From assembly GCA_024405635.1 (NCBI GenBank), contig JAKSOL010000004.1:32001-96000 (forward strand): a stretch of 64,000 nucleotides of DNA. Direction: 5' to 3'. Shown here piece after piece: positions 48,201 to 58,600 of the stretch (position 1 is the first letter of the stretch; each line of letters starts with the position of its first letter). The position numbers and the translations under genes are program-made. The DNA comes from Salinivirgaceae bacterium. Lineage in GTDB: Bacteria; Bacteroidota; Bacteroidia; Bacteroidales; SZUA-534. The notes below the pieces were generated by a model. It was not told the origin of the DNA. It saw only the letters and a list, made by a program, of their open reading frames with translations, and searched no databases.

Positions 48201-51200
48201 AAGTGTTGGCTGGTAGAGCGCCATTGGTGCCAATAACTTGTGTGCCGCCACCATTTGCAGCGGTGTAGTATCCGCCAAAAGTGTAGCCAGTGCGTGTAGG
48301 AACGGTTATGCTTGTAACTGCAGTGCCGTTGCTGGTAAGCGCATATTTGCTACCGTAAGTTTCGTAAACCACATCAGTGCCGTTGGTAGCACCAGCGCGG
48401 TCAAGAGTAATGGTGTACTCGTTAACTGTCCAGTTGGCGTACAAAGTTGTGTTTGCGCTAAATTGGGTGTTTGCAACGGTAATAACACCAGTTGCGCTAA
48501 TGCATTGTGTGCCACCACCATTTGCAGCAGTGTAGTAACCGCCAAAGTTGTAACCTGTTTTGGTAGGAATAGTTATGCTGCTTGGACTGAAACTATCGCC
48601 ATAAACCTCGGTTATGCTAGCAGTTCCTGCTGTAGTGGCACTTTGATTGTTAAGGGTGATGGTGTAGCTATTTGGGCTCCAAATGGCGTAGAATTTATTT
48701 CCGCCCACAGCCACAGTGCCGTAGCTTGATATTGTACTGCCGTTATTGGAAGCACTCCAACCCTTAAACGTGTAACCTGTTCTGCTAGGATTAGCTGGAG
48801 CGCTAATGCTGCTGCCAAATGCTGCGCTATTGCTTTCAACGGTTGTACTTGTTCCATCGTTTTTGTACCACACCACATCGTAGTTGTTTACTGACCATTG
48901 TGCGTACAAAGCACCATTTGCACTAAAGTTGGTGCTGCTAGCGTTTGCGGTAATGTAGCCGTTAGCATCAATGTATTGCGAGCCACCACTTGCAGCAGTG
49001 TAAAATCCGTTAAACGTGTAACCGGTGCGAGTTGGCACCGTTATGGCGTTGGTGGTTACAGTCATTTTGTTGCTTACAACGCCCGATGTGTTGGTTAGAT
49101 AAAAACCGTTGTTGTAATTTTCGTAAATGGTTGAGGTTTCAAGGTTGCCACCTTCGGCACTTAAACTGATGCTATAGGTCAAAGGAGTCCAAATAGCATA
49201 ATAGGTTAAGTCTGATGCGGGCATTGTGCTTGCTACTGAGCCTGTTACAGCATCGGCGTTAGTGCTCCAAGTAAGTAAGTAGCCTGTTTTTGTAGGACTT
49301 GGAGCGGTAATGTTGCTTTGGTATTTGGTGCTGATTGTGGTAGTGTTGCCATCGTTAACCCAATTCAAATTGTAGCTGTTGCGTGTGTATAGGTATTTTA
49401 CCACGCTTGTTCCATCGCCAGCAATGGCTACGTTTTGTACTTCGCTGAAAGTAAAACCAGTAACGGTTTTTTTAGCTGAAGCAGGTTCAGTTGTCATTGT
49501 TCCGGTTGTTCCAGTTTTGTTTTCGGCAGTGGCAAACAATTCGGTATAAGTTCCAGCAGTGGCAAGGCTTTCGCCTAAGTGCTGAACTTGATAAGGTGTG
49601 TTGGTGTTTGGATTCCAAAATGCATACAATGTGTTTGATGCACTATATGTGCTGAATAAATAGCTTCCACCTAAATCCCAAGTTTTGACGTTACTGTTGG
49701 CATCTTGTGCCCAACCTTGCAGCGTGTATCCAACTCGTGTAAATCCGCCCCTTGGCAAAGTGATTGACGAACTTGTGGTGCTACCTGTCATTGCATCAAT
49801 GGTTCCTGTACCTCCGTTGGCATTAAAACTGATGTTGTAACCTATTAGAGCTAGCACATTAAACGATACCGATTTTTCGTCGTTTTCGGCATCGTTGTCG
49901 CAACTAATGCGAGCCATGTAGTTGTAGGTGCCTTGTGCATTTGGGTTAATGGTGAATTTGAGTGTGGCTGTGCTGCCTGAGGCAAGTGTGCCCACAGTCC
50001 AAATGCCAGAGTTGAATGTTCCTGCTGTTGGGAACCCGCTTACTGCTGTTGGTGTGCTACTGCTCGAAATGGATGTAGGGAACACAACTTGTACGTTTTC
50101 GGCATTGGTTGGATTTAAGTTTTGTACTACTATCTCAACATTAACCAAGTCGCCCTCGGTTATTTTTTTGCCCGAAATGCTTGTGCCGTTTTTGTCGGTT
50201 AGCGTAAGTGTTTTTATAGTTGCATCAAAACCAGCGTAGCAACCTGCATTCTTTGCAAAGGTTAGTGCTTGCTTAACGTTTATTGTTTGGTTTTGCCCCG
50301 ATGTAAAGTTGTAAGCTACACCCGATGCCGAGTTTGACGAGTATTTTATTTGATAGTTTATGTTCCCTCCTTTGGGGTAAGGTACCGCCGACATGCAGAA
50401 TAAACCACTGCCGTTGGTAACCGCACTAAATGGTTCGTTGTTGCCGTCAAGAATTTGCGAACTTCCATCGGCATTCCAAAGTGTTACAGTTATTCCTGCC
50501 AATCCCAGTTCGCTTGCGTCCCAAGTTTGGTTTTGGTTGTTGTCAAAATATACTTTACCTTGAATAATGCCATAGTTATATATTGCATCGGCATCGTCAA
50601 CTGCTATCTCGCTTATTTTAACATAGTCGTCGCCTTCTTGGGTTTTGTAGGCCCAAAAGTCAAGTATAGAGTTATTGCCAAGGCTGTTTGCATTGTATGA
50701 AAATTTTAATGCACCGCCACTTGATTGGTTAGAGTAGTATGGATTACCAGCTGTAAAAGTGCCAGGATTTGGAGTACGATTGGCTACATTAACGTATGTT
50801 CCGTTGTAGGTGGTGTAACTACCGCCATCAAAATAAACGGCATATTGCTCGTTGCTGTTAAGCGATGTGCTACCAGTAGCAAGTGCATTCATCAGTTTCA
50901 AAATACAGCCGTTAGGGTTTCCTTCAACGTCAAACATTGGCAAGTGAACCTCGCCTCCGTGAACTCGCAACTGAACTTCGTACTTGTCGGCATCTTTGGT
51001 AACAGCATTGCCTTGGGCATCGGTTCCGTCCCAAATAATGTAATTCTGCCCTTTTGATGCTGCGTTCATAATAACCTTGTCGCGGTAGTCAAATACTACA
51101 ACATCGTTACCAAAGTTGTCAACATCGCGGTTGGTGTTTATAATAAGTTCGTAGGTGCATTGTTGGTCAAAATTCATGGTAAACATGCCGCCACTGCCTT

Positions 51201-52338
51201 GGTTTGCAATGCCTATGTTACCTGGATTTCCGTTTTCGTCATTTTTGTTGCTGCGGTTGCCAATAAAAGTTAGCGAACCATCGGTAGCCTTGGCAAATTC
51301 TTTGGGTTTGGTTGGAAATTTGCTCATTATTTGGCTAATGCCTTTGCCAGAACCAATTTGGGTAACTGTATCGGGATAGTTTAGGAAAATGGCATGGGTA
51401 ACCACAGTTTGGTCGTTTTGCCAGTCGGGCTGTGGAAATGTTACGTTACCCATCAACGGATTAGTGTCGAGGTTTGGGCTACTGCTCGATGCACTAGTAA
51501 TGCCGTGTTTGTAAAGTGTTTGGTTCGATGTGCCGTCAATCAAACCCACGTTGTTTGAGTAGAATTGAAACGCGCGAGGATCCATTCCGTTAGGCAAAAA
51601 GTTATAAACGTAGCCGTCTTTGGTTAGTATGTAAAGATCAGCAAACCAGTTTAAGTTAGCTCCATTTTCTGCAAGGTCGAGTGCGGCAGCGTAAAAGAAT
51701 ACACGGCCATCAATTGGTTTTTGTTTGTCAATGCCAAATACTGTAATGTCCCAAGCGCCAGTAACTGTATTGCATTCTGAAATGTTATCGTTCCAATTGC
51801 TTGCAGTTCCATACCCTCCAGTGGCTTCGCTTTGTGAGTAAAAACGGAACTCGTAAATACCATCTTCGGGCACAGTGAATGTGAGAGGAATGTAATAATT
51901 ATCAGGGCTCTGACTTGCGTTTATGCCATACCGTGGACCGTTCTTCTCTTTGGTACGAGTGTTAATGTAGCCTATGCAATTTGTGGAGTTAACGGTGCCT
52001 CGATTGTTTGTGCTTTTTGTAACGTTATATTTCCACTCAGTACCAGTCGATTGACGCACAATTGATATGTTGCAACCATATTTAGTGCTTTTAGTTGCGT
52101 TACTCGAACCAAAGCAAATGGTTTCGTCTTTGCGAGCAATAACCATAAGGGTAGTTTGCATTTCGCGACCAGCTTTTTTCCAAGAACTGGTGTAGTGTAG
52201 ATATGCACGTTTTGCGTTTGCGCTGGCATTCTTGGGGTTCATATTAAGTTTGTACGAACCTTCGGCCATGCTAAGCATTGGTAATAGAAACAAAGCTGCA
52301 AATAACATTGCCGCTTTGCAAAGTCTTGACTTTGTCAT
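42256..52338 (-). CDS. Giant (3360 aa) T9SS type A CTD surface protein with SdrD-B-like, DUF11-like and many InlB-B/Listeria-Bacteroides repeats
   Basis: Signal peptide; repeated PTKTGYTFGGYY..LYAKW units; DxDGDG Ca-binding-like motif; C-terminal AYPNPT..VFDANGQ..LSALPQGAYLI..VVKQ. Confidence 0.88.
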   Translation of the reverse strand: MTKSRLCKAAMLFAALFLLPMLSMAEGSYKLNMNPKNASANAKRAYLHYTSSWKKAGREMQTTLMVIARKDETICFGSSNATKSTKYGCNISIVRQSTGTEWKYNVTKSTNNRGTVNSTNCIGYINTRTKEKNGPRYGINASQSPDNYYIPLTFTVPEDGIYEFRFYSQSEATGGYGTASNWNDNISECNTVTGAWDITVFGIDKQKPIDGRVFFYAAALDLAENGANLNWFADLYILTKDGYVYNFLPNGMDPRAFQFYSNNVGLIDGTSNQTLYKHGITSASSSSPNLDTNPLMGNVTFPQPDWQNDQTVVTHAIFLNYPDTVTQIGSGKGISQIMSKFPTKPKEFAKATDGSLTFIGNRSNKNDENGNPGNIGIANQGSGGMFTMNFDQQCTYELIINTNRDVDNFGNDVVVFDYRDKVIMNAASKGQNYIIWDGTDAQGNAVTKDADKYEVQLRVHGGEVHLPMFDVEGNPNGCILKLMNALATGSTSLNSNEQYAVYFDGGSYTTYNGTYVNVANRTPNPGTFTAGNPYYSNQSSGGALKFSYNANSLGNNSILDFWAYKTQEGDDYVKISEIAVDDADAIYNYGIIQGKVYFDNNQNQTWDASELGLAGITVTLWNADGSSQILDGNNEPFSAVTNGSGLFCMSAVPYPKGGNINYQIKYSSNSASGVAYNFTSGQNQTINVKQALTFAKNAGCYAGFDATIKTLTLTDKNGTSISGKKITEGDLVNVEIVVQNLNPTNAENVQVVFPTSISSSSTPTAVSGFPTAGTFNSGIWTVGTLASGSTATLKFTINPNAQGTYNYMARISCDNDAENDEKSVSFNVLALIGYNISFNANGGTGTIDAMTGSTTSSSITLPRGGFTRVGYTLQGWAQDANSNVKTWDLGGSYLFSTYSASNTLYAFWNPNTNTPYQVQHLGESLATAGTYTELFATAENKTGTTGTMTTEPASAKKTVTGFTFSEVQNVAIAGDGTSVVKYLYTRNSYNLNWVNDGNTTTISTKYQSNITAPSPTKTGYLLTWSTNADAVTGSVASTMPASDLTYYAIWTPLTYSISLSAEGGNLETSTIYENYNNGFYLTNTSGVVSNKMTVTTNAITVPTRTGYTFNGFYTAASGGSQYIDANGYITANASSTNFSANGALYAQWSVNNYDVVWYKNDGTSTTVESNSAAFGSSISAPANPSRTGYTFKGWSASNNGSTISSYGTVAVGGNKFYAIWSPNSYTITLNNQSATTAGTASITEVYGDSFSPSSITIPTKTGYNFGGYYTAANGGGTQCISATGVITVANTQFSANTTLYANWTVNEYTITLDRAGATNGTDVVYETYGSKYALTSNGTAVTSITVPTRTGYTFGGYYTAANGGGTQVIGTNGALPANTYFNASATLYAKWTANSYTISYSLNNGTAGSSAPTSALFDEVKNISNPTKTFTMAYNANSTGATIGKTTDSKAASFAGWTATGLASSALSGTASTNVTTSWTGTASTAQYFKNLASTNGASVALTATWTAPTFTLPSISKTGYSCKWNTAANGSGTNYEAGAAFTPSANDATNKTLYVIATANTYTISLNAQGGTQSVNTLYLTYATKFATTNGGAAVTTITVPTKTGYDFDGYYTATNGGGTKYIDATGKIVASNTATTANITLYANWTAKTYTITLDNQGATTAGTASLLLTYANAYSPASVTIPTRTGYTFGGYYTAINGGGTQYVNASGTILATSTTFTSNTTLYAKWTANSYTISYQPNGGSGTMAPSYMTYGVAGNLRANAFTRTGYTFSNWNTKENGSGTSYADKVLVSNLVSANNGSYTIYAQWSANTYAITLDNQSATTTGSATIYETFGSKFALTNGGAAMTASANAITVPTKTGYTFGGYYTEQDGEGTQFIGADGFLTTDASNTAFSEAGTLYAKWTANTYQVRYNANNGSGTMTNSSHTYNAAKTLSANSFTRTGYTFTGWNTAANGSGVNYTNSQSVTNLSNTNGAIVDLYAQWSANSYTITLNNASATTAGTQTIYLTFGKNYSLTDGGAAMTASANAITVPTKTGYIFGGYYTAANGAGTQYIDANGFITTNASNTNFSANGTLYAKWTAITYEVAYNGNGATNGTMTNSSHTYNVAKTLSANAFSRTGYTFAGWTANADGSGTNYTNSQSVTNLTTSNGNIVTIYAKWTANTYAITLDNQGATSAGTAAVYETYGNKFALTNGGAAMTASANAITVPTKTGYTFGGYYTAVNGNGTQMIDANGFITTTADNTAFSANGTLFAKWTVNNYTLTWDLNASHNGASASITSTTHTSGSIAYGTTILTPDVTNSGYELAGWSTSATGAVATISTMPANNVTYYAIWTAASGTPYTVKHYKMNLDGSTYTEANVETKYGTTGSTTAATAKTYEGFTAQSISQSTINGNGGTVITINYTRNQYTLTWNITNGGSATGSYTAAGSIYFDAPITAPTLVRAGYTGSWDNVISNMPATNTTFTSVWVANDNLYTVRHNLQNIDGTYTVDASSTQQLSGKTDAPTAAEAKSYTGFTSQTFSQKTITANANNDIDIFYNRNSYDLTWNLNGGTATNSYTSGSVVYGASITAPQLYKAGYSYSWDATPATTMPANALTYNAVWTAGATNYTVEHYFMQLDGTYPATATYSQTLSGLADAATVAVAKDTVGFTANFSQSTINGDGSTVVRIDYARNQHSLAWITTQGLVEASAYTEDGLVYYGTPLVAPTLNRNGFTYTWSPQVPATMPNSDATYTVVWEASDGIIYTVRHFTQELDGSYTLAESTTNTGKTGDLMEVIPNNYTGFTLNAFEAGTIAGDGSSVQDVFYSRNSYSVTWNIGDGIINLNMPYTHTSAMYQSPIVAPTLLRDGFDYTWAPEVNTMPANDISFTAIWSVKQYASVWLMNDGTDSVFFSKSLNFGDEIVAPATNPSRYGFTFAGWSHAADGDAETQFGTMTELGDTLFALWTENHLLISWTPNNGDITTTVELMRGEPIVAPANPSLDGYSFAGWSNSQNSNVAISDFGSATDTVEFFGLWNKNKYAITWAETETTSKVDSILFGEPIVAYTPTQAGFKFTGWATDNGTLVTNFGTMPSHNLTFVATWQQNTEINVDFTDDGICNLNCDIDGDGNPDLNIDTDGDGIADKNITDIKALIDFDAPNPFVTCENDDDLEISVTKSSALYNVNYSYTINGTADNSQNGITYTIPDSASAQGVIGITAQLGSSHLTKQIDYQVRKRFIRKMWDDVVSIVDVEHQFNNYVWMHNDKQVCTNAYYNEVGGLSGTYYLIATNKDGQTYYSCSMDFGPTIELTAYPNPTLNLVTIRGGNIEAGQSIKVFDANGQLLLQQTVDNNMQIDLSALPQGAYLIMVGNQSVNVVKQ

Positions 52339-52382
52339 ATTGTTTGGTTTTTATTAAGTCTTAAAAAGTTTTTTCTAAACTA

Positions 52383-52417
52383 CAAAACTAATACTTATTA
52401 ACAAATTGTTGATAAGT
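52383..52417 (-). promoter_or_regulatory. Candidate promoter with adjacent palindromic operator
   Basis: TAGTTTTG (-7, minus strand, 52383-52390) next to ACTTATTAACA-AAT-TGTTGATAAGT (10/11 IR). Confidence 0.45.
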
Positions 52418-52596
52418 GTAAACGTTGATAATGGCTAAAAATCAGTCAAATACATCATTTAGCATGTGGTTGCAGTTTTTTTATTGATAAATAGAAGAGA
52501 AAAATGCTGAAGGGAAACGAGCATTCAGTAAAAAAAGCGCAGCAACATGGGCTTTTTTGCGCTGAAAATAAAAGTGCTGATTAGTGTAATTTGAAC

Positions 52597-53901
52597 TTAA
52601 ACAATAAGTTCTGACAATAGTTTAACTTGTTTTTCTCTTGAGAATTGTTCACTATTCTGGCAGTTGCAAGCAATTTCGCCACACTGAAATTGTGTATATA
52701 ATGTAGGTAATAGTTCCAAAAGATGTTGCTTGTTGCGTACAATAGTTCCAGCTTTTGCAGTTTCTATAATTTCTTTCTGCGGATTTAAGTTGCAATCTTC
52801 TTTCCCAAAATGACTTTGCTTTAATAGTAAAGCTTCATTGTCGTTGTCGTAACAAAACAAAATGTGCCTTTGCAATGCAACATAGTCGTAGATTTTTGTG
52901 CCTACTATAGAGTAATAATTGAACAAAAGCAAAATGTTATGCTTGGCAAGTTCCTTTAGTAAGTCTTTATTATTTAATTGGGGAACGATGTTTACGTATG
53001 GTTTTAATTGAGGATACTTTGCATCTAAAAGATGTTCAATTCCAATAAAGTCGCGAATGCCGAAGAAATTTATTTCAAAATTGTCAATTTGCTTTTTTGT
53101 TACAACTTGACAGAAACAATCGAGTACGCTATCTAACGGGTGATATTTGTAAATGGTACCAACGTAGGCAAACCTAAGTTTGTCTGATTGCTGTTGTATG
53201 TTCTTAATTGCGTTTATGGCGTCGGGGTCGTAGCCGTTGGCAATAACAAAAGCATCGTTTTTAACAAGGCTTTTGATTTTTGAAACAAAATAATCGTTAA
53301 CGGTGGTAACGAATTTTGCATTTGAGGTAAACTTTTTTTCAAAAAACGTGTTTCTCCAAAGCAGAAACCTGTTTTTACTTCTGGTAGGATCTTGAGTCCA
53401 TGGGTCTCTGTAGTCGGCAATCCATGGAATGTTATGCAATCTGCTTAATTCAGATGCGTATTTAAAAAGAACAAAAGGTTCGCCAGTTGCTATAATGTAA
53501 TCAACCGAATTGTGCTGCAAGTACTTTTTGGCGCCCTTATATATGCCCGCTTTTGGTCCTATGTTAAAAATGTATTGAACATTGTCGAAAAACGCACTGA
53601 TGGCTTTACGTATAAAAGCATATTTGTTTTTTCCGTGTTTAAGCAGAATCTTGTTTGCAATATTGGGTTTATAAGGTGTACGTATTATGGTGCCATATTC
53701 GGTTTCTTCAACAATAGTTTCTTGTGTTGCCGAAGGGGCAATGTAGTCTAATTCGTTACCATATTTGTTTTCCCATTGGCGCGTAACAACAATAGGGTAA
53801 ACTCCATTTTTTTTAAGGTACTTATACCAGGCAAATGGGCGCAATCCTCCAACTGAAACATAAGGAGGAAAGTCGTATGCCAGGATAAGTAATCGTTTCA
53901 T
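52597..53901 (-). CDS. Glycosyltransferase, GT-B/GT4-like
   Basis: LILAYDFPP..GGLR, IATGEPF, PWIADYRDPW, IANGYD, YVGTIY, TKIYDY. Confidence 0.85.
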   Translation of the reverse strand: MKRLLILAYDFPPYVSVGGLRPFAWYKYLKKNGVYPIVVTRQWENKYGNELDYIAPSATQETIVEETEYGTIIRTPYKPNIANKILLKHGKNKYAFIRKAISAFFDNVQYIFNIGPKAGIYKGAKKYLQHNSVDYIIATGEPFVLFKYASELSRLHNIPWIADYRDPWTQDPTRSKNRFLLWRNTFFEKKFTSNAKFVTTVNDYFVSKIKSLVKNDAFVIANGYDPDAINAIKNIQQQSDKLRFAYVGTIYKYHPLDSVLDCFCQVVTKKQIDNFEINFFGIRDFIGIEHLLDAKYPQLKPYVNIVPQLNNKDLLKELAKHNILLLFNYYSIVGTKIYDYVALQRHILFCYDNDNEALLLKQSHFGKEDCNLNPQKEIIETAKAGTIVRNKQHLLELLPTLYTQFQCGEIACNCQNSEQFSREKQVKLLSELIV

Positions 53902-53926
53902 TTTTGTATCAATTTTACCGCCATTC

Positions 53927-54535
53927 TTACTCCAACTCGCCCTTTCCTTCGCGAATTATCTCAAAGTCGTTTGTAGTGCAATCAACTACTGTTGAGGGTT
54001 GGTTGTCGCCATAGCCGCCATCAATAACAAAATCGACTAAGTGACCGTACTTTTCGTTTATCAGTTCGGGGTCGGTAATGTATTCTTCAATGTCGTTGTC
54101 GGCATGAATGGAGCTTGATAGCATTGGGTTGCCCAATTGTGCAATAATGGCTTGCAGTATGTTGTTGTTGGGTATGCGAACTCCAACTGTTTTGCGTCGC
54201 ATTTTAAATTGGCGAGGAATGTTGCTATTTGCCTCAAGCACAAAAGTAAAAGGACCTGGGGTGTTGCGTTTTATCAACTTAAAGGCAGGTGTTGGCAGTT
54301 TGGTGTAGTCCGATACGTGCGATATGTCGCTAAAAACAAAAGAAAAAAAGGCTTTGTTCATATCTACGCCTTGTATTTTTGCCAAGCGTTCAACGGCCTT
54401 GTGTTGGTTAATGTCGCAACCAATACCATATATAGTGTCGGTTGGGTATATAATAACTCCGCCGTTTTTCAGCACTTCAACCACGCGGTCAATCTCGCGT
54501 TTGTTAGGATTGTCGGGGTGAATTTTCAGTATCAT
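53927..54535 (-). CDS. Sua5/YciO/YrdC family threonylcarbamoyl-AMP synthase-like protein
   Basis: GGVIIYPTDTIYGIGC, PGPFTF, VGVRIP, PSTVVD; probable ATG 54535. Confidence 0.9.
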   Translation of the reverse strand: MILKIHPDNPNKREIDRVVEVLKNGGVIIYPTDTIYGIGCDINQHKAVERLAKIQGVDMNKAFFSFVFSDISHVSDYTKLPTPAFKLIKRNTPGPFTFVLEANSNIPRQFKMRRKTVGVRIPNNNILQAIIAQLGNPMLSSSIHADNDIEEYITDPELINEKYGHLVDFVIDGGYGDNQPSTVVDCTTNDFEIIREGKGELE

Positions 54536-54581
54536 AGTTGTTTGTTTTTGGTTTGCCAAAAGGGGCTAATTACTAAAACAA

Positions 54582-55268
54582 TTATTTGTTATAGGGTTTG
54601 TGTATGGTATGCCACAACTTTTCAAATTCGGTTTTGTATTGCTGAACTAGCGCATAGTTGCTGGTAACCAAAAGGTTTTCTTGGTTGTGCTTTATTGCGG
54701 TGTATGTCCAGTTAAAACTGCCAGTAAATAGCAACCTTGAGTCAATAATACCAAATTTGTTGTGCATCAGGTGTTGCGAGTGGTTTGTTCGTAACGGAAT
54801 GTGCTTTTTCTGCAAGAAACTTATCATTGAGCCTGTGTCGGTGGTTTTGTTTATGTCCGACACCAATCGCACTTTAATCCCACGGTTGCGCGCCTCAACC
54901 AATTCGGTAGCAAGCGGCTTGTAACTTATTGTGTATATGCACACATCGATGCTGCGGTGTGCGTGCCTAATCAAATCAAGAATGGTTGTGGGAATGTCGT
55001 CGCTTGGGCTAAAGTAAGCGTGGTGAAAACGAAAAGTGTAGCGGTCAATGGTGTCGAAACAGTTTTCGAGCCATATAAGTGTGTCAAGCTCGGGGCGGCG
55101 AACCGACAACCGATGCGCATAATTAAACAGCAGTTTCTTCATGTCGCCGCGGCCCACTCGGTCTATTTGGTTTATCTTGTCAATAATCTCTTGCGGTATT
55201 TGATCTTGAAACCGTTCGCCAATGTGCTTCACAAAGTATTCGGCTATTTCGTATTTCACTTTATTCAT
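54582..55268 (-). CDS. Single-HKD phospholipase D-like (Nuc-type) protein
   Basis: MHNKFGIID..TGSFNWT..NQEN motif. Confidence 0.85.
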   Translation of the reverse strand: MNKVKYEIAEYFVKHIGERFQDQIPQEIIDKINQIDRVGRGDMKKLLFNYAHRLSVRRPELDTLIWLENCFDTIDRYTFRFHHAYFSPSDDIPTTILDLIRHAHRSIDVCIYTISYKPLATELVEARNRGIKVRLVSDINKTTDTGSMISFLQKKHIPLRTNHSQHLMHNKFGIIDSRLLFTGSFNWTYTAIKHNQENLLVTSNYALVQQYKTEFEKLWHTIHKPYNK

Positions 55269-55617
55269 TCCTGCTGAAATTTGCCGTAAGATAAGGCTTT
55301 AACGTAATATGAAGTGATGCTTTGTGGCGATTTTTATAAAAATGTAGGTTTATGTATCGGCCATTTGCATCAAAATATATTGCCTACTTGCTATAACACT
55401 AATAGTAGTGTGCCTTTTGTGCAGTTTTGGATCTTTGCAATCGGTTGTAAATGAGTGCGTAAATGCCAATATGTGGCACTTTATTAACATGTTTATTAAC
55501 CGTTCGCGTGGCAAATGTTGCATCTTATATAGTTTCAATGTGCACTGGTGTAAAAAAAAATACAGTTGGCATTTAACTATATACGTTTGTGCACTAGAAT
55601 CAAAAAACCATACTCAA

Positions 55618-58600
55618 ATGAATTTGAAAAACAAACTGGTATTTGCGTTGATGCTGTGTGCATCGGCAGTATTTGCACAGGTTGAAGAAAGTAGTACCGA
55701 TTTTGGTGAGGGTATTGCTTACGACTACGATTATTATAGCAATGGAGAAGAGGCTGGTGGAGTTTATTTTAAACTCGATGCTTCAACATTACAGGCTACA
55801 GTTGTTGCTGGTCCGTTCCAATATCGTGGCGATGTTGTAATTCCTGCAACTGTTACGGTTGATGGAAAAACCTACGCTGTTACTACTATTGGTAAAATGG
55901 CGTTTTGTAACTGCTTGGAATTGAATTCAGTTAAGTTGGGCGACAATGTTGAAACCATTAAAACACAGGCTTTTTACATTGCCGACAATGCTACAAGTGG
56001 TTCAGCTCGTCCGTTTTTTATGGACCTCGATGCTCCAAAACTTAAAACTCTTGAGTCTAACTGCTTTTATTCAACTTATGTTATTGGTAATACCGACATT
56101 AACGGCAACGCTGTAACAAGCAATACCGCTACCAATTCAGTAATTAAAATTGGTAAAAACGTACAGACTATTGGTAGTGGTATTTGGCAATGGGGCGGCG
56201 GCAACTATGCGCAAAAATTTGTGGTTGACCCCGAAAACCAATACTACTGCACCGACGAGTATGGCATTCTATATAGCAAAGACAAAAAAACATTGGTAAT
56301 TGCTCCACGCTATTTGAAACTAGCAATGGGCAACCCAACAACCTTTGAATATAACATTCCCGAAACCGTGACATTGGTTCACAGTTTTGCTTTTTATTTT
56401 GTATCAACCAACAACTGGCTTAGTCTTACTGGTCTCGATGGCATTTCATCAATAACCAGTTGTACAGTTGGTAGCGCAATTAAGTCGCTCAACATTGGTC
56501 GCAATGTTAAAACAGTAAACATTGGTGGTATTATGTATTCAGGCTATACCGATTACACAGTATCGGAAGGTAGCCCATATTTCACTGTTATTGACCACGT
56601 GCTTTACAAGTTGAACAGCAGCGGTCAACCATCGGAACTTGTTCATGTATCGCGCGCAAGCCGCAGCGACACTGTTCGCCTTCCTGCAACTGTTACATCA
56701 ATCGGAACGTATGCTTTTTACAGCAACCAATATGTTAAAGGAATTGACTGCTCAAAAGCAACAAACCTAACCTCCATTGCCGAAACTGCAGCTCATGGCG
56801 CAAAATTTGAGATTGAGTATTCTAATCTTCCTCCGGGCGACAATTCGCCTATTTATGTTGACCAATACGGTATTCAATATTCAAAAGACCGAAAGAAAAT
56901 GTTGCTTTGGAGTTCAAACGTCAAAGCCGATACTGTTATTCTGCCTGTTGAATTAACAACAATTTCGGTTTCGGCATTGCGCGAAAACAATTACATTCAG
57001 CACATTGTGATGGGAAAGAATGTGAGCAGCATTGCCGACCAAACATTTAATCATCGCTTTGCCAATCTTAAGAGTTTTAGTGTTGATCCAAATAACAAAA
57101 ACTTTAAAAACGACGAAAGCGGTGCTCTTTACTCAAAAGATGGCAAAAAACTTCGTTGTTTCCCTCGTGGCAACGATAGCTTAACTTACAAGGTACTACA
57201 AGGCACTACCGAGTTGCCTCGTTATAAAGTTTTTTCGGGTAACAAAAACTTGCAGATTATTGACCTTGGTAACACAATGACCAAAGTTGATGAGCAAACC
57301 ATTACCGATATACCAAACTTGAGTCTTATTCGTGTGGGAACTAAAAACCCACCTCACGCATATCTAAGCTCGTTCTCTTCAAACATGTATGGACGTGTGC
57401 GTTTGTATGTGCCAAAAGAATTTGAGAGATACTACGAAACTGCATCAATTTGGAACAAGTTTGTGATTATTAAAGACTTGGCAGAGTATGAAAAAGACGT
57501 TGAAACTCTTGAAATTGAAGTTCCTGTTGAAATTTACGAGGAGAATATTGACGACAACGACTATACTTTTGCATCAACCAAAAACGGTTACAAAGTAGTC
57601 TTTAGAGAGTGGACTAACTACGACATGGAAACCTACAAAGAGGGTTTCACTATTAAACGTCCAATACAGCAAAAACAAATCAACCGCGGCGGTCAAGCTA
57701 TATCGATTTATGCAATCCGTAATCGTTACAATGTATCGTGGAAGGTTGGCGACACCGAAGTTTCTTCAGCTTCGTTAAAATATGGTGCGCAAATTTATCC
57801 TCCTGTTGATCCTGCTGCTCCAGTTGACTACAAATTCATTGGTTGGAGCACCAATGCTTCGGCTACATCGGCAATAAACTTTAGCGATGTTTACACCGTG
57901 CCAGCAAACAACATTACTTTCTATGCAATTTTTGTAAAGAAAGATGCTGCAAACTACACAGTGAACCACTACAAACAAGACCTTGGAGCCAAAACATACA
58001 CTTTGGTTAGCACACAAACAGGTTCCGATATTCAAGACCGTAACACCAATGCCGTTGCCGAGTCGTATGAAGGATTTACCGTTGTACCATTTAGCCAAAA
58101 GGTTATTGCAGGCGATGGCTCAACTGTGGTGAATATTTATTACAACCGCAACAGTTACAGCCTAGGTTGGAATTTTGCCGACGGAACACCTTCTGATCAA
58201 AACTACACCAAATCGGGTAGTGTACAATATGGCGCAGCTCTTGTTGCTCCAACTCTTTTGCGAACCGGCTACGACATGGCTTGGGAAACAACTATTCCAA
58301 GCACAATGCCTGCTCAAGATGTTACTTACACAGCAGTTTGGACAGCAAAAGAATATCCAATTAAATGGATGATGAACGACGGCACCGATGTTGTTTACTC
58401 ATCGGGCAATGTGAATTATGGTACCGACATTGTTGCTCCTGCAGTTAATCCATCGCGTGTGGGTTACACTTTTGAAGGTTGGAGCGATTCGGAAAATGGT
58501 GCTGTTATTGCAAATCTTGGTAAAATGAACACTACAAGCCAAGTAACTTACTACGCAGTGTGGACAATAAAACAATACACCGCAACTTGGCATCTTAACA

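Noticed and set aside
52400-52495. DnaA-box-like TGTTGATAA cluster as oriC
   Set aside because: Few, imperfect copies and no supporting origin context.
54582-55268. PLD protein as a DISARM DrmC or other defence component
   Set aside because: Neighbours are a YciO-like gene and a glycosyltransferase; no drm genes are nearby.
55408-55617. 70-aa N-terminal extension of the LRR giant given by the ORF track
   Set aside because: The signal peptide begins at ATG 55618 and a -7 promoter box lies inside the extension.
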